Origin: Octopus vulgaris
Taxonomy: Eukaryota
Direction of reading: 5' to 3'
Length of the DNA: 64,000 bases
NCBI GenBank assembly: GCA_951406725.2
Contig: OX597814.1
Coordinates: forward strand, 191,518,001-191,582,000
The notes under the pieces were generated by a model. It searched no databases and was not told where the DNA came from. It saw only the letters and a list, made by a program, of their open reading frames with translations. Both the position numbers and the translations under genes were made by a program. Positions 63,666 through 64,000 of the stretch are shown piece by piece. The number at the start of each line of letters is the position of its first letter. Within the stretch, counting starts at the first letter, position 1.

Positions 63666-64000
63666 ATGACACAAATTCATACAAAAAACACACACACACA
63701 CACACACACATACACATACACACACAAATACACTCGCAAATAAGTGCCAACACACAATTACACAAATGCAAACACACACACATACAGAAGCACAGAAGCA
63801 CACATCCACAGACCCTTGCTAACACATTCACACACAAACACAAACAAACATATACAAACTCACAAAGAAAACATAAACACACACGTGCACACACACACAC
63901 ACACGTGCACACACGAACACATACACACACATATACTGACACACACATGAACTGACACACTCATGTACAGACACACACACACACACATGCACACACACAC

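Overview
AT-rich, microsatellite- and retroposon-dense eukaryotic genomic DNA. The repeat families look like those of an octopus/coleoid genome (inference, no database check). Two intron-rich genes converge. On +, the last 11 coding exons of the DEAD-box helicase DDX42 run 329..19875 (369 aa, DEAD to motif VI, ending RRKKSRWD*). On -, a complete 7-exon COMMD3 runs from ATG 44969 to stop 25233 (191 aa). All introns are GT-AG and phases are consistent. No coding exon could be supported in 45000..64000. The rest is mobile DNA: several tRNA-derived SINE families, many 3' ends of an RTE LINE with a variable array of ~60-66 bp structured units, CR1 and RTE ORF fragments, two decayed mariners, four non-autonomous Helitrons, a Helentron-like element, TTAA piggyBac-like MITEs and several foldback palindromes. 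Most interesting: a SINE family with a non-repetitive 3' end (...TAAAGAAATA/GGTATT) that sits at GGTATT-like sites, five times at the same base of its own head. A candidate partner-LINE 3' fragment with a shared, covarying terminal hairpin is in the window. The RTE 3'UTR unit may fold as a repeated H-type pseudoknot.
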